From NCBI RefSeq assembly GCF_004010195.1, contig NC_057718.1, forward strand, positions 38,957,277 through 38,977,276: DNA of 20,000 nucleotides, read 5' to 3'. The translations under genes and the position numbers were made by a program. The notes beneath the pieces are model-generated. The model worked only from the letters and a program-made list of their open reading frames with translations, searched no databases and was not told the DNA's origin. This stretch comes from Chiloscyllium plagiosum (Eukaryota). Within the stretch, counting starts at the first letter, position 1. Every line of letters begins with the position of its first letter. Shown in pieces: positions 11,376 to 20,000 of this stretch.

Positions 11376-12574
11376 TGATCAGAGATATGTTGATGTTTGC
11401 AGAAGCCAGAGAAGATGTAATTTGCCAACATTAAAGAGCTTTTGCTCATTTAATTCTTAATGTCATGTAGGCTGTTGGAGACTATGGCATCAGCTGGGGA
11501 AGAAAGTGGAGAAAAAAAAAGACCGATCATCATTGGATGTACATGAACCTTCTCCTGGATAACATTGGTGAGGAAAAGTATGTTAATGACAGAAATGGGA
11601 AGGAATTCCAAGGAATGGTGCAGCAGGAAAGAGCACTTTTGGCATCAAAGGAAGAGAAGTCTCATTAGAAGAGAATGATGAGAGAAGGAGGATCATATTT
11701 AAGAGGCAATAATATCTTCCATTTCTTGAACAGGAAAGCAACTGTTGGTCTTGGGGGGTACTTGGATAAGATGGGCATAGGATTGAGGTGTGGTGATCCT
11801 GGATAGAGAAAGGATGCAGCTAACTTGGAGGGTATTTATATAGATTGTTTCAGGTTTATTCTTGATTTGGCTATCAGAATTGTGTTGCTGCATTTGTTCT
11901 ACTGCTGCAGTTTGAATTACATAGACTACTCATGTCTTATGAAATGTTTAGCATAGTACTTTAGTTTGAAGATAAATATTTCAGTTTAGTTACAGGGGTC
12001 TATTGAATTTATTTTTTTCATTTCAGCTATTTAGGGAAATGTCTACTAATATGAAAGAGTTAAACATGCATTAAATTCTCTGGTTGTTTATAAAGAAGCG
12101 AGACAGCGCTGTTAGTTGTTAGGTGGCCTGTGGACTCCTTTGATCTTGTTATTGAAACTCCTGTCCTTTCCTGTCGGCTTTGCATTTGTGTACCAACTCG
12201 CATCATTAGCTTTGACTGTCAATGGAGAGGGTGAATAGGCAACTGGTTCCTTGACTGCAAAGTGCTGCTCTGTGCTAGCAAGATTAAAAACTCAGGATGT
12301 GGAAGATCAATATCTCAAACTGTCCTGTTTGATTGCAAACAGTAGTACAATGCCTTTTCTATCACCCAGCATTTACTTGCCTTTATAGCTTATTTAAGTA
12401 TTTGGTGAAACACTGAATCCAAATTATATTATTTTCACTATTGCAATTATTTTCAATTAAGCTTGTAGTTTGCAATTTTTTAAATGTCATGTGTAAACCA
12501 ACTGAATAGTTGGCTTTTATGAAGCCAACTATTTATGTAGTCTGTAGTTCCTGATAAACCACTTCTGCATCCAT

Positions 12575-12675
12575 CATTTAGATAATCAAGCTAAATGTAA
12601 TATCTCCAAGTTTGCAGATTATGCAAAGTTGGGGGAGAGATTAAACTATGTTACAGAGATGCTTCAGTGTGATCT
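12575..12675 (+). mobile_element. Short CR1 RT fragment
   Basis: aatatctccaagtttgcagattatgcaaagttgggg translates to NISKFADYAKLG, a decayed ISKFADDTKLG motif. Confidence 0.65.
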
Positions 12676-13955
12676 GCTCTGGCATTAAGGCTGCAGTTGA
12701 CTGGATGTGGTGTCAAGGAGTCCTGTCAAAACTAGAGTCAATATGAATCACTGGAAAGCTCGCTTGTAGTGGGAGCCATATCTAGCATAAAGGAAGATGG
12801 TTGTGGTTGTTGGACGTCAGTCATCTCAGCTCCAGGACATCTTTGCAAGAATTCCTTTGGTGGTCTCCTTGTTCCTACCATCTTCAACTGCTTCATCAAT
12901 GACCTTCCCTCTATTATAAGCTCAGAAATGTGCATGTTTGCCAGTGATTGCACAATGTTCAGCACCATTCGCAACTTCTCAGATAATGAAGCAGTCCATG
13001 TCCCAAATGCAGCATGATCTGGATAATATCCAGTCTTGCGGTGACAAGTGGCAAGTACATTGCCTGACACTTGGGTGGCATGAATGACCATCTCCAGCAA
13101 GAGAAAATCTAACCATTGGCCTTTAGCATTCAATGGTAGTACTGTTACCGAATCCCTACTGTCATCAACCTCAGGGTACTACCAACCAGAAGCTGAAGTG
13201 AATTAGCCATATAAATACTGTAGCTACAAGAGAAAATAAGAGGTCAACAATACTCGAGCAGTTTGCTACCTTCGGACAAAGCAGTTCACTTGATTGGCAC
13301 CACTTCCATAAACATTTACTTCCTCCATAACCATTCACTCCTTCCACAACCATGTCTGAGTGGTACAGTGGTTCAGTGGTTAGCACTGCTGCCTCTCAGT
13401 GCCAGGGACCCATGTACAATTCCCGCCTCGAGCGATTGTCTGTGTGGAGTTTGCACATTTTCCCAATGTCTGTGCGGGTGCTCCGGTTTCTTCCCACAAT
13501 CCAAAGATGTGCCGGTTAGGTGAATTGGTCAAGCTAATTTGTCCATAGTGTTAGGTGTATTAGTCTTTGAGGGAGTGGTGGGGGGGAATGGGTCTGGGTG
13601 GGTTACTCTTCAGAGGGTCAGTGTGGACTTGTTGGACTGAAGGGCCTGTTTCCCTACTGTAAGAAATTTTAAAAAAATCTACACTGTACTGCAATCATTC
13701 AGCAAGTCTCCTTATACAGCATCTTTCCATCTCTAAGGATAAGGGCAGCAAATACATGAAAACACTACAATGTGCCAGTTTCCTCCAAGCCATTCACCAT
13801 TCTCACTTGTTGCGGATCAAAATCCTTGAAATCCCTCTCCAATGACATTGTGGAGTGTCTATACCAAATGGACTGCAGCTCACCACACCTTCTCAAGGGC
13901 AACTGATGGTGGCTAATAAATGTTGGCCCAGCCAGCAATGTAAATAAATAAAAAT
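12676..13955 (+). mobile_element. CR1-clade LINE relic (RT core plus 3' end), internally deleted and interrupted by an HE1 SINE
   Basis: Remnants IKAAVDW, KMVVVVGRQSSQLQDI, LVPTIFNCFINDLPSIISSEMCMFASDCTMF (FADD changed to FASD), DLDNIQS..DKWQV, MTISSKRKSNH, QKLK*ISHINTVATR. 3' tail caccacaccttctcaagggcaact...aataaatgttggcccagccagcaatgtaaataaataaaa. Confidence 0.88.
13358..13680 (+). mobile_element. HE1-type V-SINE (tRNA head, V domain, CR1/HER1-derived tail)
   Basis: Head tggtacagtggttcagtggttagcactgctgcc. V-domain tgtgtggagtttgcacatt...gggtgctccggtttcttcccacaatccaaagatgtg. Tail tggacttgttggactgaagggcctgtttcc resembles the tail of the CR1 at ~6300-6345. Confidence 0.9.
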
Positions 13956-14060
13956 AATTCCTTTCTCCATCTGAGAGTCTGGATTATGAATTTCTACTGA
14001 GTATATCATATTTGAGATTGATTGGTAACATTGGTAGATGATGATTTGGCTTTTAATTGT

Positions 14061-14190
14061 TCGGAAGGAGTGTTATAGACCTGAAATGTTAATTTTTCTT
14101 TCTGTCCACTGATGTTGCCAGACCTGCTGAGCATTTCCAGCAATTTGTTTCTTTTTCTGATTTCCAGCATCCACAATTCATTGTTTCTTT
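14061..14190 (+). mobile_element. 130-bp Penelope-like terminal-repeat insert with decayed hammerhead motif and 16-bp TSD
   Basis: Flanked by tttggcttttaattgt (14045-60) and tttggcatttaattgt (14191-206), 15/16 identical. The body gatgttgccagacctgctgagcatttccagca is homologous to the minus-strand reading of 17683-17714 (gatgctgcctgaactgctgtgcttttccagca). Confidence 0.75.
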
Positions 14191-14836
14191 TTTGGCATTT
14201 AATTGTGTTGGAAGACCTGCAATGGCTGTGTCATGATAGGTCTTAATCTTCAGCTATGACTGTTAAATCTAACGCACAGTGTTTGTGCTAGGTTACAAGA
14301 ACTTTACTATGTTGAACATATTTACACACACTGTCACAAAATGTCTTTTTTTTCAAAGAATTAATTCACATTTTGCTGTGAATGTAAAAAGCATTAAACT
14401 TGAAATTTTCATTTAGTTGTATTCTGTGGGTTGGGAATTTTGTGTGAAGGGGAAATTATTTAGTGAATGTATACCTGTGCTTGGATTAAATTTTTTTTTA
14501 AAATTGCTGGTAGTGAAGACATTGTTCAAAAAGTACAACTTGTGGGTTGTTTTAAATAATATTTGTCTAATTTGATTTAATTCCAACAATCAATAATGTC
14601 AACATCTTAATTGACTCATTTTGAAAAATAGTCATATTTAGTATCACGAATTATGATATTTTAATTATTTCAGTGCATAAACAGCAGGATAAATAGCATT
14701 TGAATTTATGAAAAAATATTCCCATGTTTATAATTAATTGTGATTAGCCATTTTACTGTTTACAGTTAGACACTTGAAACTCATGCCCTAGTCTACACTT
14801 TGTTTTAATTAAAACTCTTATTTCCCTCTACTCTAG

Positions 14837-14872
14837 GGAGTTTGATGTTGGATTACACCGTTGGTTGGTAAG
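14837..14872 (+). CDS. HHAT: 36-nt internal coding exon (phase 2-2) of protein-cysteine N-palmitoyltransferase HHAT (hedgehog acyltransferase, MBOAT family)
   Basis: Polypyrimidine tract and acceptor (ctcttatttccctctactctag, AG at 14835-36), then G GAG TTT GAT GTT GGA TTA CAC CGT TGG TTG GTA AG, then donor gtaaag at 14873. The translation (R)EFDVGLHRWLV(R) aligns with human HHAT WRYFDVGLHNFLIRY, which as I recall also lies on a 36-nt exon. Too short for the ORF track. Confidence 0.88.
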
Positions 14873-15980
14873 GTAAAGTTCAGCATTTTAAAATTTATAA
14901 TTTCCAAGTTGTTAAACCAGGTTTCTGTAACTGCACTTTTTCTTTAGATCCAGAGAATTCTGAATCACTCAGAATTCATTTAAATTTTATCTGACCCTCT
15001 ATGATGCTGAAGCAACATTGAATATTTGACAGTAATAAATTAGTTCGAAGTTTTCTATCAGTTTGCATGCTGAGTAGCAGATTTGAACCTTTGGGGCATG
15101 GTATTGGATGCAATTCTTTACTAAATTAAATGATTATATGCATTAAATGCAGTTTCACTATTTCTATGATTTTTATGTTTTGAAATGAACATGTATTTTT
15201 AAAATTGCAAATTCGGCTTTTCAGGAGTTTTTCTCAATACGTGCTTTTAGGTCAGATCAGTGACCATAATTCACACTACACCTCACTTGGATTAAATTGA
15301 CTTGAGTCCATTGGTTTATGCTGACCTGTTTTGACAGCACATTCCTGCAGGGTTGCATGTTGATACTTTGGCCTGCATTTCAGTACTGATGTTGTCTTTT
15401 CCTCTTGAAGTATTTGTCAGCTTATTTCCTGTAATTCCAAAGGATGGGTTTTATTTGAAGTCCTAAATTTGTCCTTGTATGTTGAAGGAACGCAAGGTTT
15501 GCAACATTAGACTTACACTAGTTACTTAAGAAATTCATGTGGAAAAACAAACTACCATAGCCAGAGTATAGGATTTGAGTATGCAATCTAAAAATATTGA
15601 CAAGCTTGTACGTTATTGAAAATTACATTTGAAGTGTTAGACATTTATTACTTCTCGTGCCAAACTGAATGTTGGTGGATCATTTTACTTATGTTTTTGA
15701 ATATATAACTTCTCATGTTAAGATGTTTTCTGCCCCTTCTTCCCATTTCTGTCATGGATTGCATATGCTTTGTGCCTAAGAAGGGAAGTGGGTGAGTGAC
15801 TGTCAAGTCACTAACAACAATACACTTGAAGAAGCTCCAGGAGGAATTCAAGACTAGCTCCCTGAAGGCTCTTTATCCAGTTTTCTATCATAAATGGAGA
15901 ATGATAGTGGGAATCCAGCAAAGAGTGCATTTTAGAAACAAATTCAATAGGCGACCATCATATTAAGTTATTTGTGTTGA

Positions 15981-16016
15981 GCTAAATGAGGTGAGGTGGT
16001 GGCTAAATGAGGTGAG
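15981..16016. repeat. Local direct duplication of gctaaatgaggtgag (15 bp, period 21)
   Basis: Identical copies at 15981-15995 and 16002-16016. Confidence 0.9.
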
Positions 16017-16139
16017 CAGTGTTACACAAATTAAAGGAAGTGAAGCTGTTTCATATCACCAAGATCTGGTTCATCCTTGAGTTAATAGTTGGAAAGGTTA
16101 TGAAACCAGAAGAGAGTGCAGTTCAAAATAAGGAAAGAA

Positions 16140-17065
16140 AAATTATAGCTTGGAACTCTGCAGTGTATACCTCCTTTGCTGCCCTCTCAATGCCTGCCCA
16201 CCATCTGCAAGGCACAAGTCAGGAGTGTATTGGAATACTGGGGGAAGTGATTGTATTATCGCTAGATTATTAATCTAGTAACTCGGCTAATAATCTGGGA
16301 ACCCAGGTTCAAATCAGATGGTGGAATTTGAATTCAATAAAAAAAAGTTTGGAATTAAGCATCACTGACCATGAAACCATTGCTGATTGTCAGAAAAATC
16401 AATCTGGTTCGTTAATATCCTTCAGGGAAGGAAATGTGCTATCCTCACCTGGTCTGGCCTGCATATGACTCCAGAGCCACAGAAATATGATTCTCAGTTG
16501 CCCTCTGAAATGACCAAACAAGCACTCTGTTCAAAGGCAGCTAGGGACAGGCAATAAATGCTGGGCAGCCAGCGATGTCAACATCCCACCATTGAATATA
16601 AAACCCTTTTTTTTAATTGAATGCAGCTCCAATGTCACTCAGAAAAATCAACATTTTCCAAGAGAAAACAGCCTACTAAATTGCAACACCTTAGACGTTC
16701 ACTCCCACCATACACTTACTGTAGCATTTGTATGTATCATATATAAGATGCACTGATGCCTTTTTGTCAGCGCCTTCTGAACCTGCAGTTCCTACTACCT
16801 AGAAGGATAATGGCAACTAATGTATGGAAACACTACTTGTTAGTTCTCCCCAACCATGCACCATCCTCACTTGGAACTATATCACAATTCCTTCACTGTA
16901 TCAAAATCCTGGGATTCCCTTCCTGACAGCATTGTGAACATAGCAAAACCCCGTGGAGTTCAGCAACTCAAGAAGGCAGCTCACCACCATTTCTTAAGGA
17001 ACTTGGAGATGATTAACAAATGCTGGCCTAGCCAGTATTGCTCACATTCTGTGAAAGAATGTTTT
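16140..17065 (+). mobile_element. CR1-clade LINE 3' fragment (same family as 12676-13955), interrupted by a SINE
   Basis: cccaccatctgcaaggcacaagtcaggagtgtattggaatac translates to PTICKAQVRSVLEY. Resumes at ~16615 (tgcagctccaat...), includes SKSWDSLP, and ends aagaaggcagctcaccaccatttctt...aaatgctggcctagccag...gaaagaatg. Confidence 0.78.
16240..16605 (+). mobile_element. tRNA-derived SINE with CR1-derived tail (second copy)
   Basis: Stem ctagatta-t-taatctag (16262-78), B-box ggttcaaatc (16306-15), body atccttcagggaaggaaat...ggtctggcctgcatatgactccagagccacag, tail ggcaataaatgctgggcagccagcgatg. Confidence 0.8.
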
Positions 17066-17144
17066 GAAACTCCTTGGTAAGTATTGGGGCACAGGGAAAC
17101 AGAAATTACTACGCAGAAATGCTGACTTCTTGAAAGAGACCAAG

Positions 17145-17552
17145 CTATTTTGGTTACATTACACTGCTCTCTAAAGAGAACAGGTGGCAGAAGAATCTAC
17201 TACAGAGTCGTGGGCACATAATCTAGATTGATATTTCGGTGCAGTAATATGAGGATGTGCTGCACTATCAGAAGTTTCATCATTTGCTGAGGTGTTAAAC
17301 CAATCCGACTGACTTTCGCAAGTCAATTCTTGGGCAATATTTTTTTTAAGATAAGAACACTTTTCGCAGTGTTGTGGCCAAGTTTTATCTCTCAACCCCA
17401 GTCATTAAAATATATGAAAACACCTTTTTTAAATACTTTACTGTGTGCAAATTGGCTACTGTATTTCTTACATTTAAAACATACTTTTTGTTGACTGTAG
17501 TGCACTTTGCAAAGTCTTGAGTCATGAAAGGTACTATATAAATAAAACTTTA
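17145..17552 (+). mobile_element. Decayed DeuSINE (SacSINE1/AmnSINE1-related)
   Basis: gtgcagtaatatgaggatgtgctgcactatcagaag...gaggtgttaaacc...gtgttgtggccaagttttatctctcaac resembles the Deu domain. The 3' part tgtgtgcaaattggctactg...gtcatgaaaggtactatataaat matches the recalled SacSINE1/AmnSINE1 tail. Confidence 0.75.
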
Positions 17553-17670
17553 TTTTTGGGTATGAGAAAAGAAAACAGTGAGCAATAAGGTTGTTATTAC
17601 ACCCTTGTCATTTTATTTTAAGGAATAAAATAAGTATGTGATGTATCCAAATTGGGTTAACAATTGTTGT

Positions 17671-17927
17671 CTGGATTAGTGGTGCTGGAAAAGCACAGCA
17701 GTTCAGGCAGCATCCGAGGAGCAGTAAAATCGACGTTTCGGGCAAAAGCCCTTCATCAGGAATACAGACAGAGAGCCTGAAGGGTGGAGAGATAAATGAG
17801 AGGAGGGTGGGGGTGGGGAGAAAGTAGCATAGAGTACAATAGGTGAGTGGGGGAGGGGATGAAGATGATAGGTCAGGGAGGAGGGTGGAGCGGATAGGTG
17901 GAAAAGAAGATAGGCAGGTAACAATCC
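17671..17927 (-). mobile_element. Penelope-like element terminal fragment with 14-bp TSD
   Basis: Flanks ttaacaattgttgt (17657-70) and ttaacaatcgttgt (17928-41), 13/14 identical. The minus strand is pyrimidine-rich and ends in the hammerhead plus ggatgctgcctgaactgctgtgcttttccagcaccac. The same terminal sequence occurs at 19605-19640 next to a Penelope RT. Confidence 0.85.
17727..17765 (-). ncRNA. Minimal type I hammerhead ribozyme motif (Penelope-associated)
   Basis: Minus strand reads guauuc CUGAUGA A GGGC uuuu GCCC GAA AC GU C gauuu. Both conserved core boxes are present, with a 4-bp stem II, a palindromic ACGU helix III and a GUC cleavage triplet (cut between 17732 and 17731). Stem I (auuc/gauu) is imperfect. 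Confidence 0.75.
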
Positions 17928-19384
17928 TTAACAATCGTTGTACCAATTTAAAAAAAAATCTACTTCCAGCCCACTGGTGCAATTATCTTTCAGTGTAAAT
18001 GGTGTCAGAATTTAAAATTTAGGGGAATAGAGCAAACTATTAATCACAAAGTTGGAAAGAACAATGGAAACTTACTTTCGACTATTACTGATGCTGGGCA
18101 GTAATGAATAGTGCAAGAGTTACAATGGCACTAGTGATAGCACAGCAGCCTTTACTCTATAATTTCCTTTTTTCTTTCATGCTTTATAATGATGCACACT
18201 TTTTTGAAGATCTGGACAAATTGCATAAATTTTCTTAATTCACTTTACACTAGTTTCTGTGTTGACCTTCCTAAAGTTAAGATCTGCATCTGGCTTTCCT
18301 GCAGTGTGTGTTTGTCAACAGTGAAACACTCAATAGATGTAAAACAAGCAAAATGTTTCGCCAACACAAGTGGGCTGCTGTCTCCCTACATTGAACTTTT
18401 TGCCTCTGCTGTGCCTCCTCTTTCATTGTTACAAAATGAAAGAAATTTTAGCTGTTTCGTCTTTTTGAACATGTTGGGAGGATGTTGGTGAGAACAATGG
18501 AATACATCAAGTGTTATGGAGACTCTCAGCACTAAGTGAAATAGAGCATAAAACTGGAATAAAGTATGTACAAATTTTCTTCCAAAATAAAGCACATAAC
18601 ACAGTCATACCAAGTAGTTGCAGGAAATTTTGGATCATATTTTATTTTTTAAGCAGTAACAACAGTTACTCAACAGTTAGTGCATGCATTGTTCAAAACA
18701 TAGTCCTAAAAATTATTTTTTAAAAGTAGTTGATAGCATCCATTATTAATGTGCAATTGTTAATGTATTTGCTCTTGTGTGTGGTGACAAACTAAAAATA
18801 AATCAAAGAGCAATTATCAAACTTGATTTGAGTTAAAATTACTTAGTGTAGTGTAGAAGTATGATTTCCTTAAATATCTTCCTTGTAAAGGAATTTAATA
18901 TTCCTGTTGTATGCAAAGATAAATCAGTCTCACTAATGTTAATGACTGAAGTAAATTAAATTTGTATTTCACTGTTATAAACAGATTTATATTTAATTTC
19001 TCCAATCATTTTTACTGTAATGATCTCCAAAATCCTCTGCCATTTATTTACATAGTTCTACAGCCATGCAAGTTTTGTTTATTTATGACTGTGAAACACT
19101 GGCTTATAGCATTATACTCAAATATTTAATGTACAACATTTTCCGAAGTCAACTGATATCAGCATCACAGAAATTTATGGATTTTTTTGTAAATAGTGAT
19201 TTTATTTAGTGGAAAAGTCATGTGACCATGGATGTGGCTATGACTGCAAATGGAAATATTATTTGTGTAATATAGGTGGTCATGATTGAATAATGCATAC
19301 TATAATGTTAGATGTCTTGATTTTTTTCTGATGTTTTGAAGAGAAGATTTATGCAGCATCATATTCTTGAAATTTCTATTAGTG

Positions 19385-19597
19385 ACACAGTTGACATTGT
19401 CCTACTGGACTACAGAGCTGCTCTCTCGCTAGACAGAGATAATCGGTAGTGGTTTAATCTGAAGGTCGCCATGCCTCAGGTGAGTGAAGAGGTGGAGAAT
19501 GAGTATCTTTCATGGTCCTTCCTTCATAATCAGTCTGTGCAAGAATTGAACACACACTGTTGGCATCACTCTGCATTGCAAACTAGTTATTCAGCCA
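19385..19597 (-). mobile_element. tRNA-derived SINE, with its 5' end cut by the Penelope-like insertion
   Basis: Minus strand reads tggctgaataactagtttgcaatgcagagtgatgccaacagtgtgtgttcaattc, with B-box gttcaattc at 19543-51, then a cctgaggcatggcgaccttcag hairpin-like segment. Family not named with confidence. Confidence 0.65.
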
Positions 19598-20000
19598 GAA
19601 AATGTGTTGCTGGAAAAGCGCAGCAGGTCAGGCAGCATCCAAGGAACAGGATGCTGCCTGACCTCATCCAGAACCTCATCACCTCAGGGGATCTCCCATC
19701 CACCGCCTCCAACCTCATAGTCCCACAACCCCGCTCCGCCCGTTTCTACCTCCTGCCCAAAATCCACAAACCTGTCTGCCCCAGCCGATCCATTGTCTCA
19801 GCCTGCTCCTGCCCCACCGAACTCATCTCTGCATACCTTGACACGGTCCTGTCTCCCTTAGTCCAAGAACTCCCCACCTACATTCGGGACACCACCCACG
19901 CCCTCCACTTCCTCCATGATTTTCGCTTCCCCGGTCCCCAACGCCTTATCTTCACCATGGAAATCCAGTCCCTGTACACCTCCATCCCCCATCACGAAGG
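19598..20000 (+). mobile_element. Penelope-like retroelement: inverted terminal piece followed by a 5'-truncated reverse transcriptase running off the window
   Basis: The frame from 19651 to the window end has no stop: MLPDLIQNLITSGDLPSTASNLIVPQPRSARFYLLPKIHKPVCPSRSIVSACSCPTELISAYLDTVLSPLVQELPTYIRDTTHALHFLHDFRFPGPQRLIFTMEIQSLYTSIPHHE. FYLLPKIHK, IRDT and SLYTSIPH are hallmark PLE RT motifs. 19598-19650 is an inverted copy of the PLE terminus. Confidence 0.92.

Noticed and set aside
10240..11830. Purine-rich flanks of the Rex1 copy as an ancient minus-strand L2-like LINE
   Set aside because: The strand bias is suggestive, but I could not recover unambiguous endonuclease or RT motifs. It needs RepeatMasker or a profile search.
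12738..13523. ORFs on both strands as independent genes
   Set aside because: Explained by CR1 RT remnants, their antisense frames and the HE1 SINE.
17608..17982. 124-aa and 73-aa minus-strand ORFs
   Set aside because: They are readings of the pyrimidine-rich Penelope terminal repeat and hammerhead region.
1..20000. Other HHAT exons, genuine tRNA/rRNA genes, CRISPR arrays or prokaryotic systems
   Set aside because: I did not find the neighbouring HHAT exon motifs (GGLALAQV..., YxYIP...WHG). All A/B boxes belong to SINE heads, there is no regularly spaced repeat-spacer array, and the sequence is vertebrate intronic DNA.

Overview
Eukaryotic, AT-rich, repeat-dense vertebrate DNA. The repeat families (an HE1-type V-SINE, a SacSINE1-type DeuSINE, several CR1 LINEs, Penelope-like elements) point to a cartilaginous fish, probably a shark; this is an inference. 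The only host-gene signal I found is a 36-nt coding exon on the + strand (14837-14872) encoding (R)EFDVGLHRWLV(R). It matches the MBOAT active-site motif of hedgehog acyltransferase (HHAT), so the rest of the window is probably the two flanking introns. The introns contain nested transposon relics: a TA-flanked Tigger/pogo-like element with a G-rich core and an assembly gap, a Gypsy LTR plus decayed SCAN-like gag, a solo LTR inside a CR1, a Rex1/Babar LINE, four CR1 copies, five tRNA-derived SINEs and four Penelope-like remnants. One of these remnants keeps an intact minimal hammerhead-ribozyme core. I found no convincing wholly new biological system. The best leads are the hammerhead-bearing, TSD-flanked short Penelope-derived inserts and the tandem splice donors of the HHAT exon. 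Family names come from recalled consensus similarity, not database searches, and repeat boundaries are approximate unless a TSD or TIR is given.
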